Below are positions 1 to 11,302 of a stretch of 64,000 bases of DNA, piece after piece (positions within the stretch are counted from its first letter, which is position 1; each line of letters opens with the position of its first letter). The DNA comes from a bacterium BMS3Abin08 (GTDB taxonomy: Bacteria > Nitrospirota > Thermodesulfovibrionia > Thermodesulfovibrionales > JdFR-85). Below the pieces are notes generated by a model. It was not told the DNA's origin. It did no database searches and saw only the letters and a list, made by a program, of their open reading frames with translations. The translations under genes and the position numbers were made by a program. Location of the stretch: assembly GCA_002897935.1 (NCBI GenBank), contig BDTA01000081.1:2224-66223 (forward strand), written 5' to 3'.

Positions 1-651
1 GGTAACAAGAGAACATACAGGATCATAGACTTCAAGCGGAACAAAAAGGGCATTCCTGCAAAGGTGCAGACTATAGAGTATGATCCCAACAGGACGGCGA
101 GGATAGCTCTCCTCAAATATGCCGATGGTGAAAGGCGATACATTATTGCACCCCATGGGCTCAAGGTAGATGACGAGGTGGTGTCAGGGCCTGAGGCCGA
201 GCTGAAGATCGGTAATGCACTTCCCTTGAAGAATCTGCCGCTTGGTGCGTTTATCCACAATGTTGAATTGAGGCCGGGGCAGGGGGCCAGGCTTGTCAGG
301 AGCGCCGGGGCACAGGCCCAGCTTGTTGCCAAGGACGGTAAGTTCGGTCAGGTCAAGCTTGCCTCCGGTGAGGTGAGGTTGATTCCGATCAACTGTATGG
401 CGACTATTGGACAGGTGAGTAATGTCGACCATGAGAATATTAATTATGGGAAGGCCGGCAGAAGGAGATGGTTTGGCCGGAGGCCAAGTGTTCGTGGTGT
501 CGCTATGAATCCCGTTGATCATCCCCTTGGTGGTGGTGAGGGCAGAAGCTCCGGTGGAAGACCGGCCTGTTCTCCATGGGGAAAGCCGGAAGGTGTTAAG
601 ACCCGGAAGAACCCGAAAACAGACAGATACATAATAAAGAGAAGAAAATGA
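1..651 (+). CDS. rplB: 50S ribosomal protein L2 (5' end lies outside window)
   Basis: Frame 1 is open from base 1 ([13 protein letters not shown]...). C-terminal L2 signature [29 protein letters not shown]. First gene of a colinear S10/spc cluster. Confidence 0.97.
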   Translation, partial: GNKRTYRIIDFKRNKKGIPAKVQTIEYDPNRTARIALLKYADGERRYIIAPHGLKVDDEVVSGPEAELKIGNALPLKNLPLGAFIHNVELRPGQGARLVRSAGAQAQLVAKDGKFGQVKLASGEVRLIPINCMATIGQVSNVDHENINYGKAGRRRWFGRRPSVRGVAMNPVDHPLGGGEGRSSGGRPACSPWGKPEGVKTRKNPKTDRYIIKRRK

Positions 652-661
652 GGAGGCATAG

Positions 662-949
662 GTGCCAAGGTCTCTAAAGAAGGGTCCCTATATTGATCCA
701 AAACTGATGAGTAAAGTTCAGAAGCTGTTGGACGACGGAGAGAAGAAGATCATCAAGACATGGTCCCGCAGGTCTACAGTGCTCCCTGAGTTTGTTGGTT
801 TTACTTTTGCGGTTCACAACGGTAACAAGTTTATTCCTGTATATGTGACGGAGAATATGGTTGGGCATAAACTCGGTGAGTTTGCCCCCACAAGGACATA
901 CAGGGGACATTCAGGAAGCGAGAAAAAAACCAAGGTAAAGGGTAAGTAA
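662..949 (+). CDS. rpsS: 30S ribosomal protein S19
   Basis: [15 protein letters not shown]...[30 protein letters not shown] start preceded by GGAGG. Position after rplB. Confidence 0.97.
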   Translation: MPRSLKKGPYIDPKLMSKVQKLLDDGEKKIIKTWSRRSTVLPEFVGFTFAVHNGNKFIPVYVTENMVGHKLGEFAPTRTYRGHSGSEKKTKVKGK

Positions 950-950
950 T

Positions 951-1292
951 ATGGAAGCAAGAGCCATGTTGAGACACGCAAAGATTACGCCGAGGAAGGC
1001 AAGGCGTGTGATTGACCTCATAAGGGGAGAAAAGGCCGGCAAGGCCATGGTATCGTTGCAGTTTATGCCTTACCGTGGTGCAAAGTTTGTGGAGAAGCTT
1101 CTCCGTTCCGCAATGGCAAACGCCGAGCAGAAGGATGTGGCCGTGCCTGAGGACATGAGGATTGTTAGGGCTTATGTGGATGAAGGTCCGGTAATGAAGA
1201 GGCTCCGGGCCCGCGCCATGGGACGTGCAAATGTAATCAAGAAAAAGTCAAGTCATATAACGGTCGTTCTTGCAGAGGAAGAAGAGGAATAA
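951..1292 (+). CDS. rplV: 50S ribosomal protein L22
   Basis: MEARAMLRHAKITPRKARRVIDLIRG... typical L22. Operon order S19-L22-S3. Confidence 0.96.
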   Translation: MEARAMLRHAKITPRKARRVIDLIRGEKAGKAMVSLQFMPYRGAKFVEKLLRSAMANAEQKDVAVPEDMRIVRAYVDEGPVMKRLRARAMGRANVIKKKSSHITVVLAEEEEE

Positions 1293-1387
1293 TTATTTAA
1301 GATTTGGTGCTTTCTGCACCAGGTTAGTCTTCAATGGACGGTGGATAATGATAATGATAATAATGAATCGACGATTGGGGGTACATT

Positions 1388-2038
1388 TTGGGACATAAGA
1401 TCCATCCGATAGGTAACCGGATCGGGATAATAAGGACATGGAACTCTCGCTGGTACAGGGAGCAGGGATATGATGATCAGCTTTACGAGGATCTGAGTAT
1501 ACGGAGTTATATAAAAAGCCGTCTCTACCACGCCGGCATTGCAATGATCGAGATCGAGCGTGTCGGAGAAAAGGAAGGGCAAAAGGTCCGTTTGATAATT
1601 CACACTGCACGTCCCGGAATCATTATCGGTAAGAAAGGGGCCGAGGTGGAGAAGCTTAAGAAGGACATAGAGGGTATGATCGGCAAGCAGGTGACGATCG
1701 ATATAAAAGAGGTAAGGAAGCCGGAACTCGATGCACAGCTTGTAGCTGAAAATATATGTCTCCAGCTCGAGAAGAGGGTTGCCTACAGGAGGGCAATGAA
1801 GAAGGCGGTTGCTTCAGCCATGCGGTTCGGCGCCCAGGGGATAAGGGTTCAGTCCGCCGGCAGGCTTGCAGGGGCCGAGATTGCCAGGCGGGAATGGTAC
1901 AGGGAAGGGCGGGTGCCCCTCCATACCTTCCGTGCAGATATAGATTATGGTTTTGCAGAGGCGAAGACTACTTACGGGATTATTGGTGTAAAGGTCTGGA
2001 TTTACAAAGGAGAAGTCCTGCCTCCTGCCAAGGAGTGA
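1388..2038 (+). CDS. rpsC: 30S ribosomal protein S3
   Basis: [22 protein letters not shown] and a KH-domain region. TTG start. Operon order. Confidence 0.96.
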   Translation: MGHKIHPIGNRIGIIRTWNSRWYREQGYDDQLYEDLSIRSYIKSRLYHAGIAMIEIERVGEKEGQKVRLIIHTARPGIIIGKKGAEVEKLKKDIEGMIGKQVTIDIKEVRKPELDAQLVAENICLQLEKRVAYRRAMKKAVASAMRFGAQGIRVQSAGRLAGAEIARREWYREGRVPLHTFRADIDYGFAEAKTTYGIIGVKVWIYKGEVLPPAKE

Positions 2039-2164
2039 GTAGGCCGGGTAAGGTGGTTGTCGGCTTCAGGTTACAGCTTGCGAGTCGTGGAGTTATCCTC
2101 AAGGATGTAATTGTCTCGTGATTTGTGATGTGTAGCCTGTAACGGACGGAAGGAGTTATTGACT

Positions 2165-2584
2165 ATGTTAATGCCGAAGAAGGTTAAATACCGCAAGAAA
2201 CAGAAAGGACGTATGACCGGTAAGGCATACAGGGGTTCCACTGTCGTTTTTGGCCGCTACGGGCTGAAGGCGCTTGAACCCGGATGGCTAACGAGCAGAC
2301 AGATCGAGGCTGCCAGGGTGGCCATTACACGTCATGTTAAGAGAGGAAGCAAGCTCTGGATCAGGATTTTTCCCGACAAACCTATTACAAAGAAACCGGC
2401 TGAGACGAGGATGGGTAAGGGTAAAGGTAACCCCGAGTATTGGGTGGCTGTAGTTAAGCCGGGAAGGATTCTCTATGAGATGTCCGGGGTTCCTGAAGAG
2501 CTTGCCCGCGAGGCCTTAATGCTGGCTTCACAAAAGCTGCCTGTTGCTACGAAGTTTGTCAAGAGAGAGGAGGCAGTGATTTGA
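2165..2584 (+). CDS. rplP: 50S ribosomal protein L16
   Basis: [19 protein letters not shown]...[23 protein letters not shown] at 2165 preferred over the track's TTG at 2159, with GAAGGAG upstream. Confidence 0.95.
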   Translation: MLMPKKVKYRKKQKGRMTGKAYRGSTVVFGRYGLKALEPGWLTSRQIEAARVAITRHVKRGSKLWIRIFPDKPITKKPAETRMGKGKGNPEYWVAVVKPGRILYEMSGVPEELAREALMLASQKLPVATKFVKREEAVI

Positions 2585-2781
2585 GACCGTCGGAGTTAAG
2601 GAATATGACCGTTGAAGAAATCCGTCAGAAAGAGGCGGACCTCCGCAGGGAACTCTTTAATCTGAGGTTTCAGAAGGCAACGGGAGAGATACAGAATCCA
2701 AAGAGAATAACTGCTGTCCGGAAGGATATATCACGGATGCTGACGATAATAACCGAAAAGGAGAGCAAGCAAGAGAGGTAG
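2581..2781 (+). CDS. rpmC: 50S ribosomal protein L29
   Basis: [38 protein letters not shown] start overlaps the rplP stop (TTGA). Confidence 0.93.
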   Translation: MRPSELRNMTVEEIRQKEADLRRELFNLRFQKATGEIQNPKRITAVRKDISRMLTIITEKESKQER

Positions 2782-2783
2782 GT

Positions 2784-3032
2784 ATGCCTAAAAAGGTTTT
2801 TGTAGGGAAGGTTATCAGTGACAGGATGGACAAGACGGTAACCGTTGCCGTCACCCGTCCTTATAAGCACCCGCTTTACAAGAAGTATATAAAGCGGGTT
2901 TCAAAGTTCAAGGCCCATGATGAAGAGAACCGCTGCAAGGCCGGGGACATGGTGAAGATTATCGAGTCGAGACCTTTAAGTAAAACAAAACGCTGGGTGG
3001 TACTCGATGTGATGAACAAGGGACGGCAGTAA
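2784..3032 (+). CDS. rpsQ: 30S ribosomal protein S17
   Basis: KVFVGKVISDRMDKTVTVAVTRPYKHPLYKKYIKRVSKFKAHDE. Operon order. Confidence 0.96.
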   Translation: MPKKVFVGKVISDRMDKTVTVAVTRPYKHPLYKKYIKRVSKFKAHDEENRCKAGDMVKIIESRPLSKTKRWVVLDVMNKGRQ

Positions 3033-3098
3033 CCGAGTGGTCTCTTGATGTTGACGGTTGTTTAATAAATATATGGATGCGATAGGGAGAATGCTGCG

Positions 3099-3467
3099 AT
3101 GATACAGGTAGAGAGCTTACTTGATGTTGCTGACAATTCCGGTGCAAAGAAGGTCCTGTGTATAAGGGTTCTTGGTGGTTCCAGGAGGAGGTATGCACGG
3201 GTTGGTGATGTTATCGTTGTCAGTGTGAAAGAGGCTGTCCCTGATAGTAATGTCAAGAAGGGCTCAAAGGCCAAGGCAGTGGTTGTCAGGACAAGGAAGG
3301 AAACAAGAAGACCGGACGGTACATATATAAGGTTTGACCAGAACGCCTGTGTGTTAATTAATCCTCAGGGAGAGCCTGTTGGTACAAGGGTGTTCGGGCC
3401 TGTTGCAAGGGAATTGAGGTGGAAGGAGTTTACCAAGATCATCTCCTTGGCACCGGAGGTCTTATAG
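3099..3467 (+). CDS. rplN: 50S ribosomal protein L14
   Basis: [46 protein letters not shown]. Confidence 0.97.
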   Translation: MIQVESLLDVADNSGAKKVLCIRVLGGSRRRYARVGDVIVVSVKEAVPDSNVKKGSKAKAVVVRTRKETRRPDGTYIRFDQNACVLINPQGEPVGTRVFGPVARELRWKEFTKIISLAPEVL

Positions 3468-3475
3468 GAGGCATT

Positions 3476-3796
3476 ATGAATCTGGGAATAAAGAAAGACG
3501 ATAAGGTAATGGTAATATCCGGCAAAGAGAAGGGTAAGGAAGGCCGGGTTCTGTCTGTAGAATCCAAAAAGGAACGTGTAATCATAGAGAAGATAAATAT
3601 AATAAAGAGGCATATGAAGCCATCGAGGAAATACAGCCAGGGAGGCATTATCGAGAAGGAAGGCCCGGTACATATCTCAAATGTAATGCTGGTCTGTCCC
3701 AGGTGCCGGAGGCCTACGAGGATAAGCAAGCAGATTATGGAGGACAGGCGCAAGCTAAGGACCTGTAAGAAGTGTAAGGAGGTTATAGACCGGTAA
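3476..3796 (+). CDS. rplX: 50S ribosomal protein L24 (with C-terminal CxxC...CxxC)
   Basis: [28 protein letters not shown] (KOW motif). ATG at 3476 follows GGAGG. The track ORF start at 3419 overlaps rplN and is an upstream extension. Confidence 0.94.
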   Translation: MNLGIKKDDKVMVISGKEKGKEGRVLSVESKKERVIIEKINIIKRHMKPSRKYSQGGIIEKEGPVHISNVMLVCPRCRRPTRISKQIMEDRRKLRTCKKCKEVIDR

Positions 3797-4353
3797 TGGC
3801 TGAAGGAAGGTATATCCCAAGACTGAAGCAGAAGTATTTTAAAGAGGCAATGCCGCAGATGATGAAGGAGTTTGCCTATGATAACGTCATGCAGATTCCG
3901 AGGCTGGAGAAGATATCGCTGAATGTGGGGCTTGGTGAGGCCATCAACAACATCAAACTGCTTGATAATGCCCAGAAGGAACTCACGATGATAGCCGGTC
4001 AGAAGGCCGTTATCACAAAGGCAAAAAAGTCCATTGCCGGTTTCAAGCTAAGGAAAGGCATGCCCGTGGGATGCATGGTTACACTCAGGGGTGACAGGAT
4101 GTATGAATTTCTTGATAAACTCATAAGCATAGCCATCCCGAGGATAAGGGACTTCAGGGGGCTGCCGTCGAAGAGCTTCGATGGGAGGGGAAATTATGCA
4201 ATGGGTGTAAAGGAACAGTATATCTTCCCCGAGATAGACTATGAGAAGGTTGAGATGGTCCACGGGTTTGATATAATTATATGTACCACGGCAGAGACCG
4301 ATGAAGAGGGCAGGGCCCTGCTGAAGACAATCGGGATGCCCTTCAGGCAGTAG
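3796..4353 (+). CDS. rplE: 50S ribosomal protein L5
   Basis: [42 protein letters not shown]. Operon order. Confidence 0.97.
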   Translation: MAEGRYIPRLKQKYFKEAMPQMMKEFAYDNVMQIPRLEKISLNVGLGEAINNIKLLDNAQKELTMIAGQKAVITKAKKSIAGFKLRKGMPVGCMVTLRGDRMYEFLDKLISIAIPRIRDFRGLPSKSFDGRGNYAMGVKEQYIFPEIDYEKVEMVHGFDIIICTTAETDEEGRALLKTIGMPFRQ

Positions 4354-4380
4354 AGGTTAATTCGACAAGGGAGCTTTGTA

Positions 4381-4566
4381 ATGGCAAAAAAGTGTTTGAT
4401 AGAAAAGCACAGGAGAACAGCAAAATTCAAGGTCAGGGCATACAACAGATGCAGGGTATGCGGTCGCCCCCGTGGTTATTTGCGGAAGTTCGGTCTCTGC
4501 AGGATCTGTTTCAGGAGACTCGCCCATGAGGGGATGATCCCGGGTGTAACAAAATCAAGTTGGTAG
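4381..4566 (+). CDS. rpsN: 30S ribosomal protein S14, short zinc-binding type Z
   Basis: 61 aa, [22 protein letters not shown] (two CxxC pairs), ends KSSW. Confidence 0.96.
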   Translation: MAKKCLIEKHRRTAKFKVRAYNRCRVCGRPRGYLRKFGLCRICFRRLAHEGMIPGVTKSSW

Positions 4567-4576
4567 GAGATGAGAG

Positions 4577-4969
4577 ATGGTAAGTGATCCAGTAGCCGAT
4601 ATGTTGACAAGAATCAGGAATGCAATAATGGTGAAGGCGGAAAAGGTGGATATACCCGCATCAAGGATGAAACTTGATATTGCCAAGATCCTGAAGGAAG
4701 AAGGTCTTATCAGGGCCTACAAGATCATAAAGGACAGGAAGCAGGGAATCCTGAGGATATCCCTTAAGTATGTAGATGGGGTAAATGTGATTTCAGGGCT
4801 CAAAAAGGTCAGCAAGCCCGGGAAAAGAGTCTATGTCGGCTATCGTGATATACCCAGGGTCATGGGTGGTATAGGTGTATCAATTCTAACTACCCCGCAA
4901 GGCGTGCGGAGCGACGGGACATGCCATAAAGAGAAAATCGGCGGAGAGTTGCTCTGCTATGTCTGGTAG
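4577..4969 (+). CDS. rpsH: 30S ribosomal protein S8
   Basis: DPVADMLTRIRNAIMVKAEKVDIPASRMKLDIAKILKEEGLI. Confidence 0.96.
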   Translation: MVSDPVADMLTRIRNAIMVKAEKVDIPASRMKLDIAKILKEEGLIRAYKIIKDRKQGILRISLKYVDGVNVISGLKKVSKPGKRVYVGYRDIPRVMGGIGVSILTTPQGVRSDGTCHKEKIGGELLCYVW

Positions 4970-5024
4970 TAGTTCGGAATTTATCATTACCAAGTAACAT
5001 ATTTAGGCATAAGGAGAAGACGAG

Positions 5025-5570
5025 ATGTCAAGGGTTGGGAAAAAACCTATAGATATACCCCGGGAAGTCGAGATCAGTATTGATGGAACCCTAATAAAGG
5101 CAAAGGGGCCAAAGGGTGAGCTTTCATGGGATGCTCCCCTTGCTATGGATATAAGCATTGAAGAAAACAGGCTCGTTGTTAAAAGGCCCGATGATACAAA
5201 ACAGAAAAGGGCCATCCACGGTCTATCAAGGAGCCTTATTGCCAATATGGTCAAGGGTGTAAGTGAGGGCTATACCAAGGCCCTTGAGATAGTCGGCATT
5301 GGGTACAAAGCCGACCTCAAGGGGGATACCCTCGTTTTTTCTCTTGGTTTTTCACACCCTGTTGAGTATCCGCTCCCCAAGGGAATATCGGCCCAGGTAG
5401 ACCATAAGGCAAGACCGATTAAGATTACACTGTCGGGTATTGATAAACAGTTGTTAGGTCAGGTGGCGGCAAATATACGGTCATTAAGACCGCCCGACGC
5501 GTATAAGGGTAAAGGCATCAGGTACGCAGGGGAGAGGTTGAAACTCAAGCCCGGCAAGGCGGCAAAGTAA
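5025..5570 (+). CDS. rplF: 50S ribosomal protein L6
   Basis: MSRVGKKPIDIPREVEISIDGTLIKAKGPKGEL...PPDAYKGKGIRYAGE. Confidence 0.97.
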   Translation: MSRVGKKPIDIPREVEISIDGTLIKAKGPKGELSWDAPLAMDISIEENRLVVKRPDDTKQKRAIHGLSRSLIANMVKGVSEGYTKALEIVGIGYKADLKGDTLVFSLGFSHPVEYPLPKGISAQVDHKARPIKITLSGIDKQLLGQVAANIRSLRPPDAYKGKGIRYAGERLKLKPGKAAK

Positions 5571-5624
5571 TTCCGTTTAAAGACCGGTTCGTTCGATTAT
5601 AAATAAACCCTGGAGGAGATTAAG

Positions 5625-5987
5625 TTGAGAAGGACCAAAGAGCAGGCAAGACAGAGGAGAAAAAGGAGAACAAGAAAGAAGGTCTTTGGCGCCCCCGGGA
5701 GGCCGAGGCTCTCCGTGTATGGTTCTCTTAATCATATATATGCCCAGATAGTCGACGATATGGCCGGCAGGACGGTTGTTGCGGCATCGACGTTGGACGG
5801 GGACATCAAGGGTGAGATCAAGCATGGCGGGAACATAGAGGCTGCGAGGCTTGTGGGGCAGCTGATTGCAAAACGGGCGGTTGAAAAGGGTGTTAAGACC
5901 GTGGTTTTCGACAGAGGCGGATTTAAATATCACGGAAGGATCAAGGCCCTTGCAGATGCAGCACGTAAAGGCGGGCTTGAATTTTAA
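5625..5987 (+). CDS. rplR: 50S ribosomal protein L18
   Basis: [20 protein letters not shown]...[31 protein letters not shown] start. Confidence 0.95.
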   Translation: MRRTKEQARQRRKRRTRKKVFGAPGRPRLSVYGSLNHIYAQIVDDMAGRTVVAASTLDGDIKGEIKHGGNIEAARLVGQLIAKRAVEKGVKTVVFDRGGFKYHGRIKALADAARKGGLEF

Positions 5988-6047
5988 TTAACCGTTATCG
6001 GTTGCTGTGATAATCACCTGATAAAGTATAACGATTTTAAAGGAGGC

Positions 6048-6569
6048 ATGGTGCAGAGGATTGATTCATCGGAGCTGGAACTACAGGAGAAGGTAATATT
6101 TATAAATAGAGTGTCAAAGGTCGTTAAAGGTGGAAGGAGGTTTTCATTCACTGCCCTTGTAGCTATCGGCAACGGAGCCGGTATAGTGGGGCTTGGAAAG
6201 GGTAAGGCCTCGGAAGTCTCTGATGCAATCAAGAAGGCAATTGAGCAGGGGAAGAAGATGCTCGTCCGGTTTCCGCTCAAAAACGGAACGATACCCTACT
6301 CCATAATAGGTAAGCATGGCGCCGGTGAAGTTCTCCTGAAACCTGCCCCCAAGGGTACCGGTGTGATAGCCGGTGGAGCCGTGAGATCGGTCCTCGAGGT
6401 GTCCGGGATTGAGAATATAGTGGCAAAGTCGTTAAGGAGCCATAATCCCTTTAATGAGGCAAAGGCCACAATAGATGGGTTGCTGAACCTGAAGGATCCC
6501 GATACCGTCAGGAGGTTAAGGGGTAAGTTGCCCGAAGATACACATGGGGAGGCCCAGAGGAATGCTTAA
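6048..6569 (+). CDS. rpsE: 30S ribosomal protein S5
   Basis: [39 protein letters not shown]. Confidence 0.97.
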   Translation: MVQRIDSSELELQEKVIFINRVSKVVKGGRRFSFTALVAIGNGAGIVGLGKGKASEVSDAIKKAIEQGKKMLVRFPLKNGTIPYSIIGKHGAGEVLLKPAPKGTGVIAGGAVRSVLEVSGIENIVAKSLRSHNPFNEAKATIDGLLNLKDPDTVRRLRGKLPEDTHGEAQRNA

Positions 6570-6735
6570 GGTGACACTAAAGAGAAGTTATGCAGGTAAT
6601 CCTGAAAAGCTCAGGAGGGTCTTGAGAAGTCTCGGGCTCAGGAAGATAGGTCATTCCGTGATCAAGCCGGATGATCCTGTTACAAGAGGCATGATCAATA
6701 AAGTCCCTCACCTTGTGGAAATCCGGGAGGCTTGA
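6562..6735 (+). CDS. rpmD: 50S ribosomal protein L30
   Basis: [33 protein letters not shown]. Internal ATG at 6562 chosen; the track start at 6544 lies deeper inside rpsE. Confidence 0.9.
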   Translation: MLKVTLKRSYAGNPEKLRRVLRSLGLRKIGHSVIKPDDPVTRGMINKVPHLVEIREA

Positions 6736-6811
6736 GGCGTGACGTCAGGGCAGGGGATCCAGGCATCAGTGGCCTGGTTTTTGAAGCAGTCAATTATTGT
6801 TTGGAGGTAGT

Positions 6812-7258
6812 ATGAAGATAAATGATTTAAAACCCGCAGCCGGCAGCAGGAAAAGAAACAAGCGTATCGGAAGGGGTCCGGGCTCAGGCCACGGGAAGAC
6901 TTCCTGCAAGGGACACAAGGGGCAGAAGGCAAGATCCGGCGGCACAAAGGGTCCCGGTTTTGAGGGAGGGCAGATGCCGCTCCACAGAAGGCTGCCTAAA
7001 CGCGGATTCAGGAACTATCCCTTCAGAAGGGACTATACTGTAATAAACCTTGAAAGGCTGTCCGCTCTTGTAGAGGATATGAATGAAGTGACCCCCGAGT
7101 TGTTGATTGAACGGGGAGTTCTTTCAAAAAGCAAGAGCAGGATCAAGATCCTTGGTAATGGCGATCTGAGCAGGCCGCTTACCATCAAGGCCCATGCCTT
7201 TAGTGCTTCCGCACTCAAGAAGATAGAGTCCGCAGGTGGAAAGGCCGAGGTGATTTAA
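6812..7258 (+). CDS. rplO: 50S ribosomal protein L15
   Basis: [34 protein letters not shown] at 6812 follows GGAGG. Confidence 0.95.
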   Translation: MKINDLKPAAGSRKRNKRIGRGPGSGHGKTSCKGHKGQKARSGGTKGPGFEGGQMPLHRRLPKRGFRNYPFRRDYTVINLERLSALVEDMNEVTPELLIERGVLSKSKSRIKILGNGDLSRPLTIKAHAFSASALKKIESAGGKAEVI

Positions 7259-8566
7259 TTGGGCGTACTCTCATCCTTCCAGAACATTTTAAAGATCGAG
7301 GAGTTAAAGAACAGGGTATTTTTTACGCTTGCCTTCCTTGCCGTTTACAGGATCGGATGCCATATACCCACCCCTGGTATCAATGGTGAAGAACTCAGCA
7401 AGTTTCTAACCGCAAAGGGTGGGGCGCTCATGGGCTTTTTTGATATCTTCTCAGGCGGTGCGCTATCGAGGATGACGATTTTTGCCCTGGGTATCATGCC
7501 CTACATCAGTGCCTCTATCATCCTCCAGCTTCTGACCGTTGTTGTCCCTGCAATAGGCAAACTTGCAAAGGAGGGTGAGGAGGGAAGGAAAAAGATCACA
7601 AAGTATACGCGTTACGGGACTGTTTTTATTAGTGCTGTTCAGTCTTTTGGTATAGCTGTAGGTCTTGAGAGTATGAGTCAGGGGGCATTTATTCAGAACC
7701 CCGGATGGAGTTTCAGGCTGATGACCATGATAACGCTCACAGCAGGCACTGCCTTTATAATGTGGCTTGGTGAGCAGATAACGGAAAGGGGGATAGGTAA
7801 CGGGATATCCCTTATTATATTTGCAGGCATTGTTGCAAGACTTCCCAATGCAATAATAAGCACAACAAGGCTGATTAAGGCAGGGGAACTTTCGATAATA
7901 TTTTTCATACTTATGATAGCAATGATGGTCTTTGTAATAGGAGCGATAATTTTTATAGAAAAAGGGCAGCGCAAGATACCGGTTCAGTACGCAAAAAGGG
8001 TGGTTGGAAGGAAGGTCTATGGAGGGCAGTCAACACACCTTCCGCTTAAGGTCAATACATCGGGAGTGATTCCCCCTATATTTGCATCGTCGATCATTAT
8101 GTTTCCCGCCACCATTGCAGGTTTTATTTCAATCCCCTGGGTGCAGGGATTTGCCCGGCAACTCTCTCCCGGGACGGTTCTTTATACGACGCTTTATGTA
8201 GGGATGATAATATTTTTCAGTTACTTTTATACGGCAATTATATTTAATCCCGTGGACGTTGCCGATAATCTGAAGAAGTACGGTGGGTATATCCCGGGTA
8301 TAAGACCGGGGCAGAAGACCGCAGATTATCTTTACAGGGTTTTATCGAGGCTCACATTTATCGGGGCGATCTACCTTTCCATCGTATGTGTCCTTCCCAC
8401 CCTGCTGATCAAGAATTTTAACGTGCCCTTTTACTTTGGAGGGACCTCGCTACTGATAGTTGTCGGTGTTGCACTGGATACGGTGTCCCAGATCGAGTCT
8501 CATCTCCTGACGCGTTCCTATGAGGGCTTTCTTAGCAAGGGGAAGACGCGTGGCAGGAGAGGGTAA
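7259..8566 (+). CDS. secY: preprotein translocase subunit SecY
   Basis: 435 aa polytopic membrane protein, FSGGALSRMTIFALGIMPYISASII, GEQITERGIGNGISLIIFAGI. Follows rplO. Confidence 0.97.
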   Translation: MGVLSSFQNILKIEELKNRVFFTLAFLAVYRIGCHIPTPGINGEELSKFLTAKGGALMGFFDIFSGGALSRMTIFALGIMPYISASIILQLLTVVVPAIGKLAKEGEEGRKKITKYTRYGTVFISAVQSFGIAVGLESMSQGAFIQNPGWSFRLMTMITLTAGTAFIMWLGEQITERGIGNGISLIIFAGIVARLPNAIISTTRLIKAGELSIIFFILMIAMMVFVIGAIIFIEKGQRKIPVQYAKRVVGRKVYGGQSTHLPLKVNTSGVIPPIFASSIIMFPATIAGFISIPWVQGFARQLSPGTVLYTTLYVGMIIFFSYFYTAIIFNPVDVADNLKKYGGYIPGIRPGQKTADYLYRVLSRLTFIGAIYLSIVCVLPTLLIKNFNVPFYFGGTSLLIVVGVALDTVSQIESHLLTRSYEGFLSKGKTRGRRG

Positions 8567-8617
8567 CGGCGGAACGGTTACCCCCTTGCCTGTGATTATT
8601 TCAGGTTTGATTTCTTA

Positions 8618-9367
8618 GTGATACTCATAAAGTCTAAAGAAGAGATACGAAAGATGGCCAAGGCCTCGGAAATTGTGGCCGGGGCTATAGAGGCCATTCG
8701 TTCAATCATTACAGCGGGCGTTACCACCAAGGAACTTGAGCAGGTTGCGGAGGATATCATACGCAGCCGGGGAGGTATCCCTGCCTTTAAAGGATACAGG
8801 GGGTACCCCGCAAGCATATGTACATCAGTTAATGACGAAGTAGTTCACGGCATCCCCTCGGTCGGCAGGAAATTAGAGGAAGGTGACATCGTAAGCATAG
8901 ACCTCGGTGTAATCTACAAGGGGTATATAGGCGATGCAGCGGTAACCATCCCCGTGGGAAAGATCACCGATGAGATCCGGAGGCTTTTGCAGGTTACGGA
9001 ACAGTCCCTATACGCCGGAATCGAGAAGGCAAGGGCAAATAACAGACTGACCGATATCTCAAACGCCATACAGAGGTTTGTCGAGTCAAACGGGTATTCG
9101 GTAGTGAGGGCCTTTGTAGGTCATGGAGTCGGCAGGGCGCTACACGAGGATCCCCAGATTCCAAACTTTGGCCCCCCGGGCAAGGGGCCAAGATTAAAAC
9201 CGGGGATGACCATAGCGATTGAACCCATGGTCAACGAGGGGACCCATGAGGTATTCCTGCTCGATGACGGTTGGACGGCCAAGACGTCTGACGGTAAGCT
9301 TTCCGCCCACTTTGAGCACACGATAGTTATATATAAGGATGGCGCGGAAATATTGACTAAATGGTAG
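8618..9367 (+). CDS. map: type I methionine aminopeptidase
   Basis: [10 protein letters not shown]..., [43 protein letters not shown] start. Confidence 0.95.
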   Translation: MILIKSKEEIRKMAKASEIVAGAIEAIRSIITAGVTTKELEQVAEDIIRSRGGIPAFKGYRGYPASICTSVNDEVVHGIPSVGRKLEEGDIVSIDLGVIYKGYIGDAAVTIPVGKITDEIRRLLQVTEQSLYAGIEKARANNRLTDISNAIQRFVESNGYSVVRAFVGHGVGRALHEDPQIPNFGPPGKGPRLKPGMTIAIEPMVNEGTHEVFLLDDGWTAKTSDGKLSAHFEHTIVIYKDGAEILTKW

Positions 9368-9392
9368 GAAAGGATGTACAATATTCAGTTAT

Positions 9393-9611
9393 ATGCCAAA
9401 AGAAGATAACATAGAGGTTCAGGGTGCCATTTTAGAGGCCCTTCCCAATGCGAAGTTCAAGGTCAAGCTTGACAATGGACAGGAGATATTAGCATACGTT
9501 TCCGGGAAGATGAGGATGCATTTCATAAAAATACTTCCCGGTGACAAGGTTCTGGTTGAACTCTCCCCATATGATCTTACAAAAGGGCGGATTACTTACA
9601 GATACAAATAA
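9393..9611 (+). CDS. infA: translation initiation factor IF-1
   Basis: [53 protein letters not shown]. Confidence 0.97.
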   Translation: MPKEDNIEVQGAILEALPNAKFKVKLDNGQEILAYVSGKMRMHFIKILPGDKVLVELSPYDLTKGRITYRYK

Positions 9612-9699
9612 TCTCTATGATCGGGTGTTGAGTAAGGCATGCCTGTGATGTTCCGTAAGGGTAAGCATTAAACATCCGATACTGATAAAGGGAGGAGAT

Positions 9700-9813
9700 A
9701 TGAAGGTAAGGGCATCGGTAAAACCTATGTGTGCAAAATGTAAGGTAATAAAGCGCAAAGGTGTTGTAAGGGTTATCTGTGAAAATCCTAAGCATAAGCA
9801 GAGACAGGGATAA
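9700..9813 (+). CDS. rpmJ: 50S ribosomal protein L36 (absent from ORF track, 37 aa)
   Basis: My own translation: [42 protein letters not shown] 5 nt upstream, TAA at 9811..9813. Canonical infA-rpmJ-rpsM position. Confidence 0.95.
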   Translation: MKVRASVKPMCAKCKVIKRKGVVRVICENPKHKQRQG

Positions 9814-9822
9814 GGAGGCGGC

Positions 9823-10200
9823 ATGGCCAGAATAGCCGGAGTGGATTTGCCAAAGAATGAGCGGGTTGAGATAGGCATTACGAGGGTTTTTGGTATAGGA
9901 AGAACCCTCTCAAAGCGGATACTTGAAGAAACCGGGGTGAACCCCGACACGAGGGTGAAGGATTTGAGGGACGATGAGATTGTCAAGATTAGATCGATTA
10001 TTGACAATAAATATACAGTCGAAGGTGAACTCAGAAAAGAGATTTCACTTAATATAAAGAGACTTATGGACATCGGTTGTTATCGCGGGTTCAGACACAG
10101 ATTGGGGCTTCCCGCCAGGGGGCAACGTACAAAGACGAACGCCAGGACACGTAAAGGACCCAAGAAGACAGTCGGTGGAAAGAGGAAGGGAGGTAAATAA
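9823..10200 (+). CDS. rpsM: 30S ribosomal protein S13
   Basis: [28 protein letters not shown]... Confidence 0.97.
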   Translation: MARIAGVDLPKNERVEIGITRVFGIGRTLSKRILEETGVNPDTRVKDLRDDEIVKIRSIIDNKYTVEGELRKEISLNIKRLMDIGCYRGFRHRLGLPARGQRTKTNARTRKGPKKTVGGKRKGGK

Positions 10201-10589
10201 TGGCCGGAAGGAGAAGAAAGGGACCGAAGAAAGATAAGAAGAATGTGCCCTATGGAGTGGCTCATGTCCAGACGACTTTTAATAATACAATAGTTACTGT
10301 TACAGATAAAGGTGGAAATGTTATCGCATGGGTCAGTGCCGGAAGCCTTGGATTCAAGGGCTCCAGGAAGGGCACACCCTATGCAGCCCAGGTTGCGGCA
10401 GAGAATGCAGCTAAAAGGGCCATGGATATGGGGATGAAACATATCGATGTATATGTCAAAGGCCCAGGCGCCGGCAGGGAGTCCGCTATACGGGCAATAC
10501 AGGCAACGGGTCTTGATATTAACATTATAAAGGATGTTACACCTGTTCCCCATAACGGGTGTAGGCCTCCAAAGAGAAGGAGGGTGTAG
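10200..10589 (+). CDS. rpsK: 30S ribosomal protein S11
   Basis: [51 protein letters not shown] overlap with rpsM. Confidence 0.97.
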   Translation: MAGRRRKGPKKDKKNVPYGVAHVQTTFNNTIVTVTDKGGNVIAWVSAGSLGFKGSRKGTPYAAQVAAENAAKRAMDMGMKHIDVYVKGPGAGRESAIRAIQATGLDINIIKDVTPVPHNGCRPPKRRRV

Positions 10590-11216
10590 ATGGCAAGATA
10601 CAGGGACTCGCTCTGCAGGCTCTGCAGACGTGAAGGAGAAAAGCTTTTTCTGAAGGGTGACAGGTGTTTTACCGATAAGTGTGCCTTTGAGAGAAGGAAG
10701 TATGCGCCGGGTCAGCATGGTACGTCACGTTCCAAGACAAGTGACTACGGGCTTCAGCTCAGGGAAAAACAGAAAGTAAAGAGGATGTACGGTGTCCTGG
10801 AAAGACAATTCAGGAAGTACTTTGCAGAGGCCCAGAAGAGGAAGGGGGTTACGGGCGAGATGCTGCTGCAATTCCTTGAGTTAAGGCTTGACAATATAGC
10901 TTACCGCATGGGCTTTGCTTCCAACAAGAGGCAGGCAAGACAGCTTGTAAACCACGGGCATATCCGGGTTAACGGCAGGAAGGTGAATATACCATCCTTC
11001 AGGGTAAGGGTTGGAGACGTGGTGGAGGTAAAAGAAGCCAGCCGGGCTATTCCCTTCGTTCAGGAAAGTCTCTCCAAGATTGAAAACAGGGGGCTGGCAG
11101 TGTGGTTGGAGATTGATCCGGAGAACTTCAGGGGGAAGGTCCTGAGCATTCCAACGAGGGAGGAGATCCCTTTGACGGTCAAAGAGAGTCTGATTGTGGA
11201 GCTTTATTCTAAATAA
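10590..11216 (+). CDS. rpsD: 30S ribosomal protein S4 (zinc-finger form)
   Basis: [31 protein letters not shown]..., S4 RNA-binding domain [11 protein letters not shown]. Confidence 0.97.
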   Translation: MARYRDSLCRLCRREGEKLFLKGDRCFTDKCAFERRKYAPGQHGTSRSKTSDYGLQLREKQKVKRMYGVLERQFRKYFAEAQKRKGVTGEMLLQFLELRLDNIAYRMGFASNKRQARQLVNHGHIRVNGRKVNIPSFRVRVGDVVEVKEASRAIPFVQESLSKIENRGLAVWLEIDPENFRGKVLSIPTREEIPLTVKESLIVELYSK

Positions 11217-11302
11217 GATGCTGTCTTTTTGTTAACAGGGATTGTTCTGCCGTCAGTGGCAATGAGTTTTTATTTTAATGTAAATAATGATTGGGAGGCT
11301 CT

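Noticed and set aside
1300-1345. Resemblance of ggtgctttctgcaccaggttag to the 5' part of SRP (4.5S) RNA
   Set aside because: The conserved GGAAGGAAGCAGC domain IV core is absent, so this is a short chance similarity.
8567-8617. Absence of adk between secY and map
   Set aside because: adk is placed elsewhere in many lineages, so this is ordinary operon variation.
10080-10718. 212-aa minus-strand ORF
   Set aside because: It is antisense to rpsK/rpsD, whose products are unmistakable. It has no motif, and its Cys/Pro/Leu-rich composition is typical of a shadow frame.
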